A stretch of 64,000 nt of DNA. Origin: Octopus sinensis (lineage: Eukaryota). Below, piece after piece: positions 37,411 to 50,529 of the stretch. The stretch lies in NCBI RefSeq assembly GCF_006345805.1, contig NC_043001.1, positions 116,126,001 to 116,190,000 on the forward strand, written 5' to 3'. The translations under genes and the position numbers were made by a program. Under the pieces are notes generated by a model. That model was not told where the DNA came from. It did no database searches and saw only the letters and a program-made list of their open reading frames with translations. Every line of letters starts with the position of its first letter. Within the stretch, counting starts at the first letter, position 1.

Positions 37411-37591
37411 ATAGATAAGAGAGGCACACACATACATTATTTATCTTCTGAAGATGTGATACTTAAGGTGGCTACTACATAAATGTAACAGCTATCAGTA
37501 AGATATTATTGAAATAAAATGAAATTATTAAATTAATCACTCTTGTTTTCTTTGTTATTAAAATACATGATTATTATGTAAGATGAATATA

Positions 37592-37895
37592 CACCTTCTC
37601 CTTGACTTACGACTAAGTTCCATTCCGAACAGATAGGTTATAAGTCACTTAGGTTGTATATCGGATTTATATTTTTCAGTACTATTTTCATTCAAGTGCA
37701 ACTGATGCTTGAAAGTGACTGAGAGAGAGACAGTGGCAGGCAGTGGATGCTTGGGTCTGAGGAAGGCCTCTGTTGCCAGATGCTGCTATAGTTATCGTAC
37801 ACACAGCATTTTTTAATTTACTTTTTAAAAAAAATTTTGTGGTCGCAAGTGCAGATGGTTGTAAGTTGCATAGATTGTAAGTTAAGGAGATGGTG
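37592..37895. mobile_element. pogo/Tigger-like MITE
   Basis: TA-flanked TIRs tacaccttctccttgacttacga / ttgtaagttaaggagatggtgta (20/23 match). Confidence 0.75.
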
Positions 37896-37922
37896 TACAC
37901 GGAGGATATATATATATATATA

Positions 37923-38063
37923 TTAGGTTGTCCCAAAAGTTCGTAAACACTTGCGAAAATTGAATTTTTACTCACCAAGTACTAACAAAAACAACAAAAA
38001 TTATTCCTCAAAATAAAGACCATTATTTTCCAAGACTTTCTACGAACTTTTGGGACAACCTTA
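37923..38063. mobile_element. mariner-type MITE
   Basis: Perfect 21-bp IR aggttgtcccaaaagttcgta (37925-37945) / 38041-38061, set in (TA)n. Confidence 0.85.
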
Positions 38064-38288
38064 TATATATAAGATGTATATGTTTGCATGTGTTGGTGCA
38101 TATGCTACATTTAGCATAGTTTAGGAGATAGTATTACTGAGTGTCAAAAGTGAATATATACTGTACATTATTTATGTATAAAACATAGAATCACACGAAA
38201 ACTGCCAGTCACCAATGCCAGTCTCAGTTCCAATATCCTTCAACCTCTTTGGTAGCAATTTGGAAGTTAGGTTCTAGTGGTGGTGGTG

Positions 38289-38355
<67 letters not shown>

Positions 38356-38717
38356 GGCAATGTGCTGGCAGAATCGTTAGCATGCCAGGCAAACTGCGTA
38401 TGGCATTTTATCAGTCTTTACTTTCTAAGTTCAAATTCTGGCAAGGTTAACTTTGCTCTTCATCCTTTTAGAATGGATAAAATAAGTACCGTCTGAACAC
38501 TGGGGTTGATGTAATCAGCTTACCCACTCCCCAAAATTACTGGCCTTGTGCCAAAATTTAAAAGCAGCATTTAGTCCATTTTTACATTCTGAGATTGAAT
38601 TTCACTAAGGTCAATTTCTGCCTTTCATTCTTTTAGGGTAAATGAAATGTAATCAACTAGCCCCCTCCCACAAAATTTCCGACCTTGTGCCTATAAAAGA
38701 AATTTTTCTTTTATTTA

Positions 38718-39021
38718 TGCACCCTTTTCAAGCCTAGCCAGGCTCTTGGGCCCGGTTTCCCAGTTTCTGTGGCATATGTGTTCCCCCCAGCTGGACGGGA
38801 CACCAGTCCATCACGGCATTACTCAAGAAACAGGAAGAAAGAGTGAGAGAAAGTTGGGGTGAAAGAGTACGACAGGGGTTGCCACCACCCCCTGCCGGAG
38901 CCTCGTGGAGCTTTAGATGTTTTTGCTCAATAAACACACACAACGCCTGGTCTGGAAATCGAAACCGCAATCCTTTGACCACGAGTCCGTTGCCCTAACA
39001 ACTGGGCCATTGCGCCTCCAC
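38718..39021 (-). mobile_element. SINE family D copy
   Basis: Same tRNA-like head as the copy at 30731-31021. Confidence 0.82.
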
Positions 39022-39034
39022 AAAAAGAAAGGAT

Positions 39035-39424
39035 TATTATTATTATAACTGTCCAACAATTGGTAGTTTGAGGCAAATTTCTACTGCATCACCTGTTGCA
39101 TGTCAATGTTGCTGGGGTGTGTGCAGCATTGTGTGATACTTTCTGCTGTTGGGAGTGTGCAAACCGTACTGTATTGTGTTGGTATTTCTTTTCTCTTGAA
39201 GTGTGGTGCAGTCTTTTTTTGTGTTACTGTTTGTATTGTGTGTTGAGTACGTAATGCACTGGATATTTGGCTTGCTGGTGGAGGTTTATTTCACTGGGTA
39301 ATTGCTATATAGAGTGTGTCTTGTATTTGTGGGTTGTTTTGTTTAGGTTGTATTATTGAATTGATAGTGTCTTGCTTAGGATGTGGGCTGTTCCTAACAG
39401 GGCTATTTTTTGGACAGTGTTGAG

Positions 39425-39426
<2 letters not shown>
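39035..39426 (-). mobile_element. R4/Dong-like (RLE) non-LTR retrotransposon 3' end
   Basis: Translates LNTVQKIALLGTAHILSKTLSIQ*, then a 3'UTR; (TAA)n on both sides. Confidence 0.72.
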
Positions 39427-39460
<34 letters not shown>

Positions 39461-39767
39461 GGGTCGTGGCTTGGACAAATCAGTTGAGCATCAAGCAAAA
39501 TCCCTTTTACAATCAATCCAGTAGCTGTCATTATCTGAATTTTTGTCCAAATTAGGAAACAGTTCACCAAACCAATCTAACATAATTACTGCAATTATAA
39601 TATAAATAAATACTTGGATAACGAATTATTGTTACAGGATATGAACCAGTGAACTGATGTCTCTAAACCTACTATTTGCAATCACCAATCCTGATACACT
39701 TGGCTCCACATCAAAACTTTCTCCTTTTAGATTCATTTTCATAAGAAACAACTGGAACAATGCTTAC

Positions 39768-39826
39768 TATTTTGTTCATTGCTTCATTTGAGTGACTTGC
39801 AGCTTCTGTAACTTTCTGGAGTGCTT
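39768..39826 (-). CDS. FGD: FGD exon, end of DH: (E)ALQKVTEAASHSNEAMNKI
   Basis: Acceptor attttacag|, donor ATA|gtaagc; 59 nt. Confidence 0.93.
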
Positions 39827-39910
39827 CTGTAAAATATATACAAAATCCATTGAGAATTTGGGTAATGATTAAAAAAAGAAAAAATTGAACTTTGGTCATG
39901 CATGAGTGAT

Positions 39911-40309
39911 ACTCTTTTACTCGTTTCAGTCATTTGACTGTGGCCATGCTGGAGCACCGCCTTTAGTCGAGCAAATCGACCCCGGGACTTATTCTTTGTA
40001 AGCCCAGTACTTATTCTATCGGTCTCTTTTGCCGAACCGCTAAGTGACGGGGACGTAAACACACCAGCATCGGTTGTCAAGCAATGCTAGAGGGACAAAC
40101 ACAGACACACAAACACACACACACATATATATATATACATATATACGACAGGCTTCTTTCAGTTTCCGTCTACCAAATCCACTCACAAGGCATTGGTCAG
40201 CCCGGGGCTATAGCAGAAGACACTTGCCCAAGATGCCACACAGTGGGACTGAACCCGGAACCATGTGGTTGGTTAGCAAGCTACTTACCACATAGCCACT
40301 CCTGCGCCT
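39911..40309 (-). mobile_element. Full-length SINE family B, young subfamily
   Basis: Near-identical to the copies at 23629, 55088 and 58682. Confidence 0.9.
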
Positions 40310-41562
40310 GGTGTATTCAAGGATTTTAGTTAGCTTTTCCTATCCCAGTACTTACCTCAATTTGGTACTCCTTTTCTTGATCCCTACATGTTGAATTGTT
40401 AAATCACACTTTGAACACAAAACTAGTTTACAATGGTAAACATAAAATACACACTCTCACATGCACATACATAAATATATACACACACACCTATGTGTGT
40501 GGGTGAGGTCCTGTGTGAGTGTGTGAACTATCATCATTTTAATGTCCACTATTCCATGGCTTTAGTGGTTAGGGTGTTAGACCCATGATTGTAAGATTGT
40601 GGTTTCAATTCCTGGACTGGGCAATGTGATGTGTTCTTGAGCAAAACACTTCAGTTCGTGTCACTCCTGTTTACTCAGCAGACTGGCATCCCATCCAGGG
40701 AGGAATATATAGATCAGAGAAACTAGGAAACCAGCCTTATGCTCCTCATGGAGTAATATGGACTAACCATGGCTCAAATGAAATTCATTGAACCACGTTT
40801 CTCGTGGCTGGAAGATCTTCTTGTCACCAAATCTCACCTGTTTCTAAGCCAGGTAAATTTCATTAAGTCCTTAAATTACAACAGTTCAATGGTAGAATAT
40901 ATTTTTACAGAGGATAGCAAATGAAGAATATTGTTTTTTGTTTATTTTGTATGAAGTCATTTTGTTTACAATCAGAAAGTGATGTGAATACAAGGAGTTT
41001 TGTCAGTTTCCATATCCCACATTCATTCATACAGTGCTAGCTCAATACTATAACAGAAAAGACTTACTCAAGGTGCTGTGAGTGGGGACTGAACCTAAAA
41101 CCATATGGCTGCAAGGCAATCATTTTAACCATACAGCTATGTTTGTACCTGTATGCACAAACACAGTGAATGTCAGCACAACTTCCACCCAACCATTTCA
41201 ACTCGACAGGTATTGGACAAACTAGTTACTACAATACAAGACACTTGTTCAAAGTGCAACCAAAAAAGGTTCAAATATGGAACCATGTGGCTGCAAAGCC
41301 AAGTTCTTGGATCTGTAATAACTAAATGAACTGAACATGTGACAGTTTAAGTGTGTAATCCATGGATACAGAACAGCACCAGTCAGGGCACATATACCAT
41401 CAAACCATTTGGCAAGTTGTCTGTTATCTTTTATCAAACTCAACAAGTATAACCCCCAGGTTTCTCTCAGTTTGACAAACTCAAAAAAACAAAAAACAAA
41501 ACCAAAAACAAAAAAAGATACTTCTGAATAACAAAATAATATAAAACCAATATATATTTTAC

Positions 41563-41613
41563 CTTCTGTGTCTTTTCTGTCAGGTGAATCTGCAGGAAGA
41601 TGTTTTAAGTAAT
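41563..41613 (-). CDS. FGD: FGD exon, DH domain: (D)YLKHLPADSPDRKDTE
   Basis: Acceptor tatatttcag|, donor G|gtaaaa; 51 nt, phase 1-1. Confidence 0.93.
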
Positions 41614-42986
41614 CTGAAATATAAAGGAAATTTTATTTAGCAATTATAATATTATACACCTTGATACAGTAACATTTTTATGGTACGTTTAATAAGTACC
41701 CAAAGTACAATCATAACTACCAAGAGCCAACATTCACTGTGGATCCCCATCAACACCAACTAGTGAACCAATGAAGGAGCCCTCCCTATATGGTCTCTTG
41801 ACCTGCCAGAAATAGCAACAAAATCTCTCTCTCTCAAATCACATCAACTTTAAAAAGGACACACAATATTGTCTTTGGTACACCATGTCTGAATGAAGGA
41901 CTGATTGGTTGTGGCTAGAATGCCATTGCCATTTATAATAGGTCTGTTTAACAAGTGCTAATCTGGGGTTAAAGGGCAACAGCATCATGAAAATGAGTCA
42001 ACAAGGAAACCCCTAGGTGGTTGCTCTACTTGCTAGAAATAGCAAACAAATTCCCTCAAATAAAAGTCTAGCGTTTTAAGAACTGAAATGATACACTGAA
42101 TGACGTAGTCCTAGAGATACAAAAGATATATGATGTTCCTGGATGGAAACTATGAACAGTCAAAGCTGGCCTAGTGTTAAACAACAACAAAAACAACATC
42201 ATCATCACCACCACCATCATCAAATTCTCAATTCGGTAACCAACGAAGGGTCTTTTACATGGTCACTCAACAGCTGGAAATAGCAATGAGATCGCTTTTA
42301 AATTGCACTTTGACAATCATAGAAAAGACAAATTAAATGATGTTCTGAGTTCCCTGTCTGAAAGAGAGGGACAGGATGGTCATAACTGGAATGCCTTTAA
42401 TCATAAATCTGGGGCTAAACCACACTAATAACAACTTCTCAGGCCACCATCAACACCACCACCCTTACAAACAAAAATACTACTTTAAAAAAATTTTTTT
42501 AATACTTTTTTTAATTACTACTAAAGATAAACTACAACAGTAATACCATTACGCTGCCCACCACCACCACTACTACTACTACCTCACCAACCCTGCCACC
42601 ACCCTGCATACAACTACCACTTGTGCCGCCAAGACAACTGCTATCTCCATCTCTGAAACAAGACTGCCATCGACAAGCTTTTAGGCTCAACTTCATTCTC
42701 ACCACTTCTTATCACTAACCTCACCACCATCACCACCAACACCACCACCATCAATACCCCCATATTCTCATACCTCTGTACTTCCATCATTACTTCTTCC
42801 TCTTACTTTATTTGTTTGTTTGTTTATTTATCGGTTTATTTAATCCCTTGGAAAAACAACCAACAAGCCATATACAAAATCACAAATACATTTGTCAGTG
42901 TAAAAGTTCAATGACAAATGTTTAACACAGAAACGATATAATTCAGGCAGGGAAAAATGCATACATACATATAAATACTTAAATGT

Positions 42987-43021
<35 letters not shown>

Positions 43022-43191
43022 TGTGTGTGTTTATGCATGTATGTTGCATGTTTCTTGAATGCATGTACATGTGTGTGCACATGTAATTATGTATATATAT
43101 AGGTGGGTAGCGTGTGTGAACATATTTAATTATGTGTATAAGTTTATGTAGGTATGTGTATATATGTATGTACATAAGTGCATATATACAT

Positions 43192-43226
<35 letters not shown>

Positions 43227-43257
43227 GTATACATATACATATAATGTATGTATGTAT

Positions 43258-43294
<37 letters not shown>

Positions 43295-43357
43295 CAAAAA
43301 GCCACAAAAAAATCTGTCAAAGTAATTAAGAGAAACAGTTGAAGTAGAACAAGTAAC

Positions 43358-43445
43358 CTTTTAATAATAACTCATAACGAGGAACTCTCTGGATTGGTTC
43401 CAACATGTGATGTTGTAAGGTTAAATTGGCACAGTCAGGGCGTTG
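43358..43445 (-). CDS. FGD: FGD exon, DH domain: [29 protein letters not shown]
   Basis: Acceptor ttatttgcag|, donor G|gttact; 88 nt; DH CR3 motif [14 protein letters not shown]. Not in the ORF track. Confidence 0.95.
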
Positions 43446-43550
43446 CTGCAAATAAAACAAATAAAAAGATTACAAATTATACAAAATGAACAGCACATAA
43501 ATAGGGGCCTCCCACCACAGTTCAAACATCCCCCACATAAAAACACACAT

Positions 43551-43608
<58 letters not shown>

Positions 43609-43674
43609 AAATAGTTCAATTGCAGAGAAATTAGTAAAAGAATCTGTGTATATGTGTAAGTGTGTATAAACAAA

Positions 43675-44770
43675 GGCAAAGTAAGTTCCAGAGACAAGGT
43701 AGTGATGTGGGCAATAAGTAACCCACATCATCAAGGAGTTATTGGTCCTCTGGAGGCTTCGATGACTTCATGCAAACACACCAGCTATCACAGTCCCCCA
43801 TGCATGTTCTTAATTCATCAATATTTACCATTCCACTGTCCTGAAGCAAATTGTCTACATACATTAGACATTTTCTTCCCCTGTTGATTCTCCCTTCAAC
43901 TGACTACCAAAAGACCAGTTGACACACAAGTTCTTCTGGGGGCCTGAAGGAATGACCAGAAATCCTCATTGTTCTCTGTTGAATCTTCTATCACTTTGCC
44001 TTTGTTGATACCCAAAGTAAGTTTCAGAGGCAAAGCAGTGATGTGTGCAACAAGTAACCCACATCACTGAAGAGTATATTGGTAAAACTTCAGTTTTAGT
44101 TTAGTTTGGTCATCCTCCCAGACACTTCAATGATTTCATGCAAGTATGCCATCTGTTACAGTCCCCCATGCATGTTCTTCATTTGTCCACATTTGCTATT
44201 TCACTGTCCTGTCATTGCCAGTGCGGCTGAACTGGTTCCTGTGCTGGTGGCACATAAAAAGCACCATTTGAGTGTGGCCATTGCCAGTACCACCTATCTG
44301 GCCCTCGTGCCGGTGACACATAAAAGCACCCACTACACTCTCAGAGTGGTTGGCGGTAGGAAGGGCATCCAGCTGTAGAAACTCTGCCAGATCAGATTGG
44401 AATCTGGTGCAGCCATCTGATTCGCCAGACCTCAGTCAAATCGTCCAACCCATGCTAGCATGGAAAGCAGATGTTAAACAATGATGATGATGATGAATTC
44501 TTCCTTCAACTGATTTCTATAAGACCAGTTGACACATGGGTTCTTCTGGGGCCTGATGCAATGACCAACGATTCTCATTCTTTTCTCTTTAATCTTCTCA
44601 GTCACTCTGGGTAGATCTTGATAAAGCTGCTCGTTGGCTAAATGAACTCTCCACGTATCATTCAGAGTCATACTTTACATTCTTGAGTAGTAGCTGTATA
44701 TTTGTTTTTCAAGCTTTTTGGTGAGGGTCCAAGTTTCAGCACCAATATAAAAAAACTGATTCTACCGTAA
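43675..44770 (-). mobile_element. Two tandem, diverged RTEX-type LINE 3' ends, with a family R insertion at about 44212-44495
   Basis: AETWTLTKKLEKQ...RMRIVGHC and PEELVCQLVFW...GRKCLMYVDNLLQDSGM..IDELRTCM remnants; blocks 43675-44010 and 44011-44680 are homologous. Confidence 0.75.
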
Positions 44771-45813
44771 AGAAAAGTAACCTTAAAATCTAAGCATTTA
44801 AAACAGTTATGGGCAAACTGCAGTTTGCAGTCCATGGGCTACATGTGGCCCAAAGTCCTTCCTGAATGGTGTGCCAAATTTCGCAAGGAAAATAACATAC
44901 ATTACTATTTTAGTTGTGTAAGCTCTCTGATGATGATAAGCCATGTCTCATGCGGTCCACTTCTCAAAGAAGGTTTCCTATGCCTGGTTCAGATTCAGAA
45001 TGACGTGCATGTGCATAGTGCATGTGTGTGTATATTGCTCTGTATGTATGTGTGTGTGTGTGTATGGATGCATGTATATGTGTGTGGGTGTGTATGTGCA
45101 TTCATTGGTATGTGTGTGTCCATTGTTGGGCTGGGATTATTTTGTCCCAACTCAGAGTATCACACATGCTGTTGATCCTAGAATTTACATGATCAAAAAC
45201 ATATTCAAAACCAAGGGACAACAAAATTATCTTAACACTACAATATTTACACACTACTTCCATATTGAGTATGTTTTTCTCATTTGTAAACTCATCCGTA
45301 CATGTACACGTGTGTGTGTGTGTGTGTGTGTACAAAGAGTATCTTGAATTTACTAGAGAAGAGAATATTCAATATATAATAGAAAGTATACATTTTAGTT
45401 TTCGAGCTTTACTAGTTTAGTACATAACACTTGGCATACTACAGTCTGTTACTTCACAGAGAAATATATTTACGTAGTCGTGGAATGTTCTGGAGCATTC
45501 TAAAAACAACAGTTAAGGTCATGTGATAACAGTGCAGAAGGTTGAAATCCCTTAAATGTGACTGTTTGGTGAGAATAACAGATGGTCAGTTGCTTTAAAT
45601 ATAAAGTTCTTCTAAAAATATAAAAGCATGTTTGCTTAGGCAAGGTGGTATAGCTCTGTGTGTGTGTGTATAGGCACATGCAAAAACATGCATACATACA
45701 CACATATACGCATTCACGTTCAATACAGAAATAGATTCCAAGAGATTCCACACACTTATGAGTGAGATGAAACATCATTTGATAATCCTTTCCACCATAG
45801 ACACAAAACCTGT

Positions 45814-45855
<42 letters not shown>

Positions 45856-46169
45856 ATATATTTATCATGAAGATGTAATTTTCTCTATATGCATTTTTTT
45901 TTCATTGTCAGATATTCTGAATTTCTTGAAATTCTGTCAAAAGATATTTGGATTTACCTGGGATCTGTATTCTACTTACATTTACTGGTGTCTAATTTCT
46001 GAATATTGTTAACCAAATTCTTTTAATACTGAGTGCTTTATTGATATCGGCCAGGATTTTTGAATTCCTTCTAACTATATATATAGATGTATGCATGTAT
46101 GTATGTATGTATGTATGTATGTATGTATGTATGTATGTATGTATGTATGTATGTATGTGTGTATATATA

Positions 46170-47081
46170 TCATCATCATCATTTAGCGTCCGTTTTCCAT
46201 GCTAGCATGGGTTGGACGGTTCTACTGGGGTCTGTGAAGCCAGAAGGCTTCATCAGGCCCAGTCAAATCTGGCAGTGTTTCTACGGCTGGATGCCCTTCC
46301 TAACGCCAACCACTCCATGAGTGTAGTGGGTGCTTTTTACGTGCCACCCGCACTGGTGCCAGACAGAGCTGGCAAACGGCCACGAACGGATGGTGCTTTT
46401 TATGTGCCACCGGCACGAGGGCCAGGCGAGGCTGGCAACGGACACGAAACAGGGCGGTGCTGGCAACGGTCGCGAAACGGAAAGTTCTCTTACATGCGAC
46501 CGGCACTGGTAACACATCTGCAATTTCCATTGATCGATTTCGATTCTGATCCTCACTTGCCTCAATGGGTCTTCACAAGCAGAGTTTCGACATGCCACCG
46601 GCACTGGTAGCACATCCGCAATTTCCATTGATCGATTTCGATTCTGATCCTCACTTGCCTCAACACGTCTTCACAAGTAGAGTTTTGTGTCCCAAGAAGG
46701 GAAGGTATGCATACGTAGGCTGGCTCCATCCCATGTAGAAGGCCACGGGTTGTGGACTCACTTGTCCTGCCGGGTCTTCTCGCGCACAGCACACTTCCAG
46801 AAGTCTCGGTCTCTAGTCATTTCCTCAGTGAGACCTAAAGTTCGAAGGTCGTGCTTCACCACCTCGTCCCAGGTTTTCCTGGGTCTGCCTCTTCCACAGG
46901 TTCCCTCAACCGCTAGGGTGTGGCACTTTTTCACACAACTATCTTCATCCATTCTCGCCACATGACCATACCAGCGCAAACGTCTCTCTTGCACACCACA
47001 ACTGATGCTTCTTAGGTCCAGCTTTTCTCTCAAGGTACTTACACTCTGCCGAGTGTGAGTACCGGCATTACACATCCATCG

Positions 47082-47083
<2 letters not shown>
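46170..47083 (-). mobile_element. RTE-clade LINE, 5'-truncated: ORF C-terminus plus complete 3'UTR and (GAT)n tail
   Basis: RRLRWYGHVARMDE...GRGRPRKTWDEVVKHDL...EKTRQDK* is open over 105 codons; about 590-nt 3'UTR. Confidence 0.92.
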
Positions 47084-47123
<40 letters not shown>

Positions 47124-47295
47124 TTTTATGTCTTGTTATATTTATTTAGTTATATTTCACCATATTGATTGTAATTATTGTACTGTATTTATGTATAATA
47201 TCATTGCTATTGTGTAGTGTTTTAATAAAGTATATGATTCGGTACTATCTGACAGTTGATGATTGATTTAGATATATTTCTCCATTTTCTCATTT

Positions 47296-47340
<45 letters not shown>

Positions 47341-47344
<4 letters not shown>

Positions 47345-47724
47345 TCATCATCATCGTTTAATGTCTGCTTTCCATGCTAGCATGGGTTGGACGATTTTGA
47401 CTGAGGGCTGGCGAACCAGATGGTTGCACCAGGCTCCAATTTTGATTTGGCAGAGTTTCTACAGCTGGCTGCCCTTCCTAACGCCAACCACTCCAAGAGT
47501 GTAGTGGGTGCTTTTTACGTGCCACCGGCACAGGGGCCAGTCAGGCGGTACTGGCAATGACCTTGCTCGAATCCTTTTACACATGCCACCAGCACAGCGA
47601 ATTTGGTAACGATCACGCTCGAATGGTGCCCTTTCATGTGCCACTGGCACGGAAGCCAGTTGGCTGCTCTGGCAACGATCATGATTGGATGGTGCTCTTG
47701 GCACCCTACTAGCAAGGGCACAAG

Positions 47725-47730
<6 letters not shown>
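47341..47730 (-). mobile_element. Family R copy
   Basis: Conserved block and tail. Confidence 0.83.
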
Positions 47731-47774
<44 letters not shown>

Positions 47775-47781
<7 letters not shown>

Positions 47782-48190
47782 CTCCAAACATGAACAAAGA
47801 GAAAACACAACACGAGGATGTGGAACAAGTATAGTGTTATTGGATGCTCAGGAAAGGAAGGGAAGAAAGAAGGAGGACTTAACATTTCGAGCGGAGCTCT
47901 TTGTCAGAAACATAGAAAAGGAAAGGTCCAAGGAAGGGAAGATGGAAAAATAAAATCGCCAACGATACACACGTGGTCACATATTAAACTGACTGGAAGG
48001 GAATGAGTGAAGAAAAGTTCTTTCAAAGACAGGAGAGAAGGGATTGAAGGCGTTGGAGGAAGGAGTGGAGGTCAGGCATGGTGAGAGGGTGTGAATGTCG
48101 GTGTAGGTGTGAATGGTGGCGACAAAAGGAGAAAAGTGGAAGTAGAAGAGAGAGAAAAAAGGGGATGTTATAAACTTTATTAATATATAT
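47775..48190 (-). mobile_element. Probable Penelope-like non-autonomous element in (TA)n
   Basis: Flanked by (TA)n, strongly purine/pyrimidine skewed, carries a hammerhead motif; the Penelope assignment is inferred from that motif. Confidence 0.55.
47878..47911 (-). ncRNA. Minimal hammerhead motif with two substitutions at CpG sites
   Basis: GUUU CUGACAA A GAGC UCC GCUC GAAAU GUU AAG versus the pattern CUGACGA A GAGC.GCUC GAAAC GUU. Confidence 0.6.
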
Positions 48191-48292
48191 ATCATCTAGA
48201 TTGGAGCCTTGTACAGCCACTGGCTCCCCAGACCTCAGTGAAACCATCCAACCCATGCCAGCATGGAAAACGGACGTTAAACGATGATGATG

Positions 48293-48330
<38 letters not shown>

Positions 48331-48423
48331 GGGGAGGGAGAGAGAGAGAAGGGGACATTTTTTCCACAGGCAACCTTTGCCACAACAATCATCATTAACA
48401 AGCTCACATTATGACACACTCAC

Positions 48424-48459
<36 letters not shown>

Positions 48460-48859
48460 CACAGAGAAATAATTGTTTTTGTCTGAATCCAATATTACAA
48501 TTCCAATATATTCAAATATTCAATATAGAAACATTGACAGACCTGAAGAATGTTGTAAATCATTCCCAATATTACTATTCCACGAAACACCATATTCATT
48601 AATGCCATTCTCCCAGTCACCATACCCCCCCCCACACACACATACACACCTAAATATGCATACAGTTCATGAGTGCATGTATGTGTATATATGTATATGT
48701 TTGTGTGTCTGTGTTTGTCCTCCCACCATCACCTGACAACTGAGGATGGTGTGTTTACATCCCCTGTAACTTAGTAGTTCAGCAAAAGAGATTGATAGAA
48801 TAAGTACTAGGCTTACAAAGAATAAGTCCTGCAGTCGATTTGTTTGACTGAAGGCAACA

Positions 48860-48889
<30 letters not shown>

Positions 48890-48890
<1 letters not shown>

Positions 48891-49090
48891 GTGCAGGTGG
48901 CACGTAAAAAGCACCCACTACACTCACGGAGTGGTTGGCGTTAGGAAGGGCATCCAGCTGTAGAAACATTGCCAGATTAGACTGGAGCCTGGTGCAGCCT
49001 TCTGGCTTCCCAGAACCCCGGTCGAACCGTCCAACCCATGCTAGCATGGAGAACGGACGTTAAACGACGATGATGATGATGATGATGATA
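48890..49090 (+). mobile_element. Family R copy
   Basis: Conserved block and long (gat)n tail. Confidence 0.85.
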
Positions 49091-50475
49091 TACATCTATA
49101 TATTCTTTTATTCTTTTACTTGTTTTAGTCATTTGACTGTGGCCATGCTGGAGTATTGCCAGGGTTTATTCTTTGTAAGCCTAGTACTTATTCTATCGTT
49201 CTCTTTTGCTGAACCAGACTAAGATCCCCTTCAGCTGAATGAGGCTACAGCAGAGAGAGAGAGAGAGAGAAGGAGCTTTCTGCTCAGAGATAAAGAGGTC
49301 AAAGTATGAAAGAAGAGGCCACAATGGAACTGATAACTTACTGTAGAGGAGCAACATGTCTATTCACATTATAGAAGAAAAGATGAGAGTGGCTGGGGTA
49401 GAGCAGGAAAGAGCTAAAATAGTGGTGATGAAGGGTTAGGGTGAACCCTCAAGATACAAGGAGAGCAGATGTTGCAAGAGTGTACAGGAGAGTAAAAAAA
49501 GGTAAAGTTATCTTCTCAAGTCATGCTGACTCATAAGGGCTGGTTTCCTGGTTTCCTTGGTAAATAAATTCCCCACCTGCATAAGGTGCCGGTCCATTGC
49601 AGAATTACTCATTTTTGCCAGCTGAGTGGACTGGAGCAACATGAAATGAAGTGCTATGCTCAAGAGCACAACACATCGCCCAGTCCAGAAATTGAAACCA
49701 CAATCTTACAATCATGAGTCCAACACCCTAACCACTAAACTATGTGTTTCCACTATATGAGAGTGAGAGATGGTTAAAGATGGGGATTCGATGGATGGAT
49801 GAATATAATGAAAAACTAGTGATGATGGATAATAAGTAAGGAAGCTAAAGAACAGGTGACAGTTATAGAAACTGGGTAGGGTTAAAGGGTGGATTTAGTG
49901 AGTGTTGGTTAAGTGGTGGGGTGAGATCAATGATGCATAAGTTGGAGTAAGGAGGGGAGAATACAATATGACTGAAAGTGCAGAAAAGAGGGAGTGAAGA
50001 GCAAGAGAAAAGTAACAATGGTAGGGTAGATTTTATATCCTGCCACAGGTGGGTATAGATAAATTATGCAGTGATTGAGATTTAATCAATGTATTCACAA
50101 GGTGTACTTCACGATACTACCAAAATGCTCTCTCTGACTACTACCAACCACTACTCTTTATAAGAGTTCAGCTAGTCCATTCTTTCAATCCCCCAGGGGT
50201 GTCAATGACTCTTGCTACAACAGTAGACAAAGGAAGGATGGGAGAGGATGAGAGAGAGAGCAAGAGCGAGAGAGAGAGAGAGATGTGGTTAAGGGTGATC
50301 ATTGTAAAATGCAGGTGAAGAGATTATCGAAAATGAAGGATGGGTAAGAAATGAAATGGTTCCTGGTAGTAAAGAAAAATAAGTAGTTGTGCTCATATTC
50401 GACTGCAATGAGAAAGAAGATAGGTGGTGGAGTTGTCTAGAAGAAAAAACTGGATGGATACTAGGGGCACAGTCT

Positions 50476-50529
<54 letters not shown>

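Noticed and set aside
36979-37482. 100-167 aa ORFs (HTYI/MYVC repeats) in six frames
   Set aside because: Translation of an (ACAT)n microsatellite; the same applies to the YI, CV, HT and poly-L/I ORFs throughout the track.
45472-45500. Short AG-GT segment reading MLQNIPRL, reminiscent of the DH QRIPRY motif
   Set aside because: The true motif is encoded at 43358-43445 and the exon chain is complete without it.
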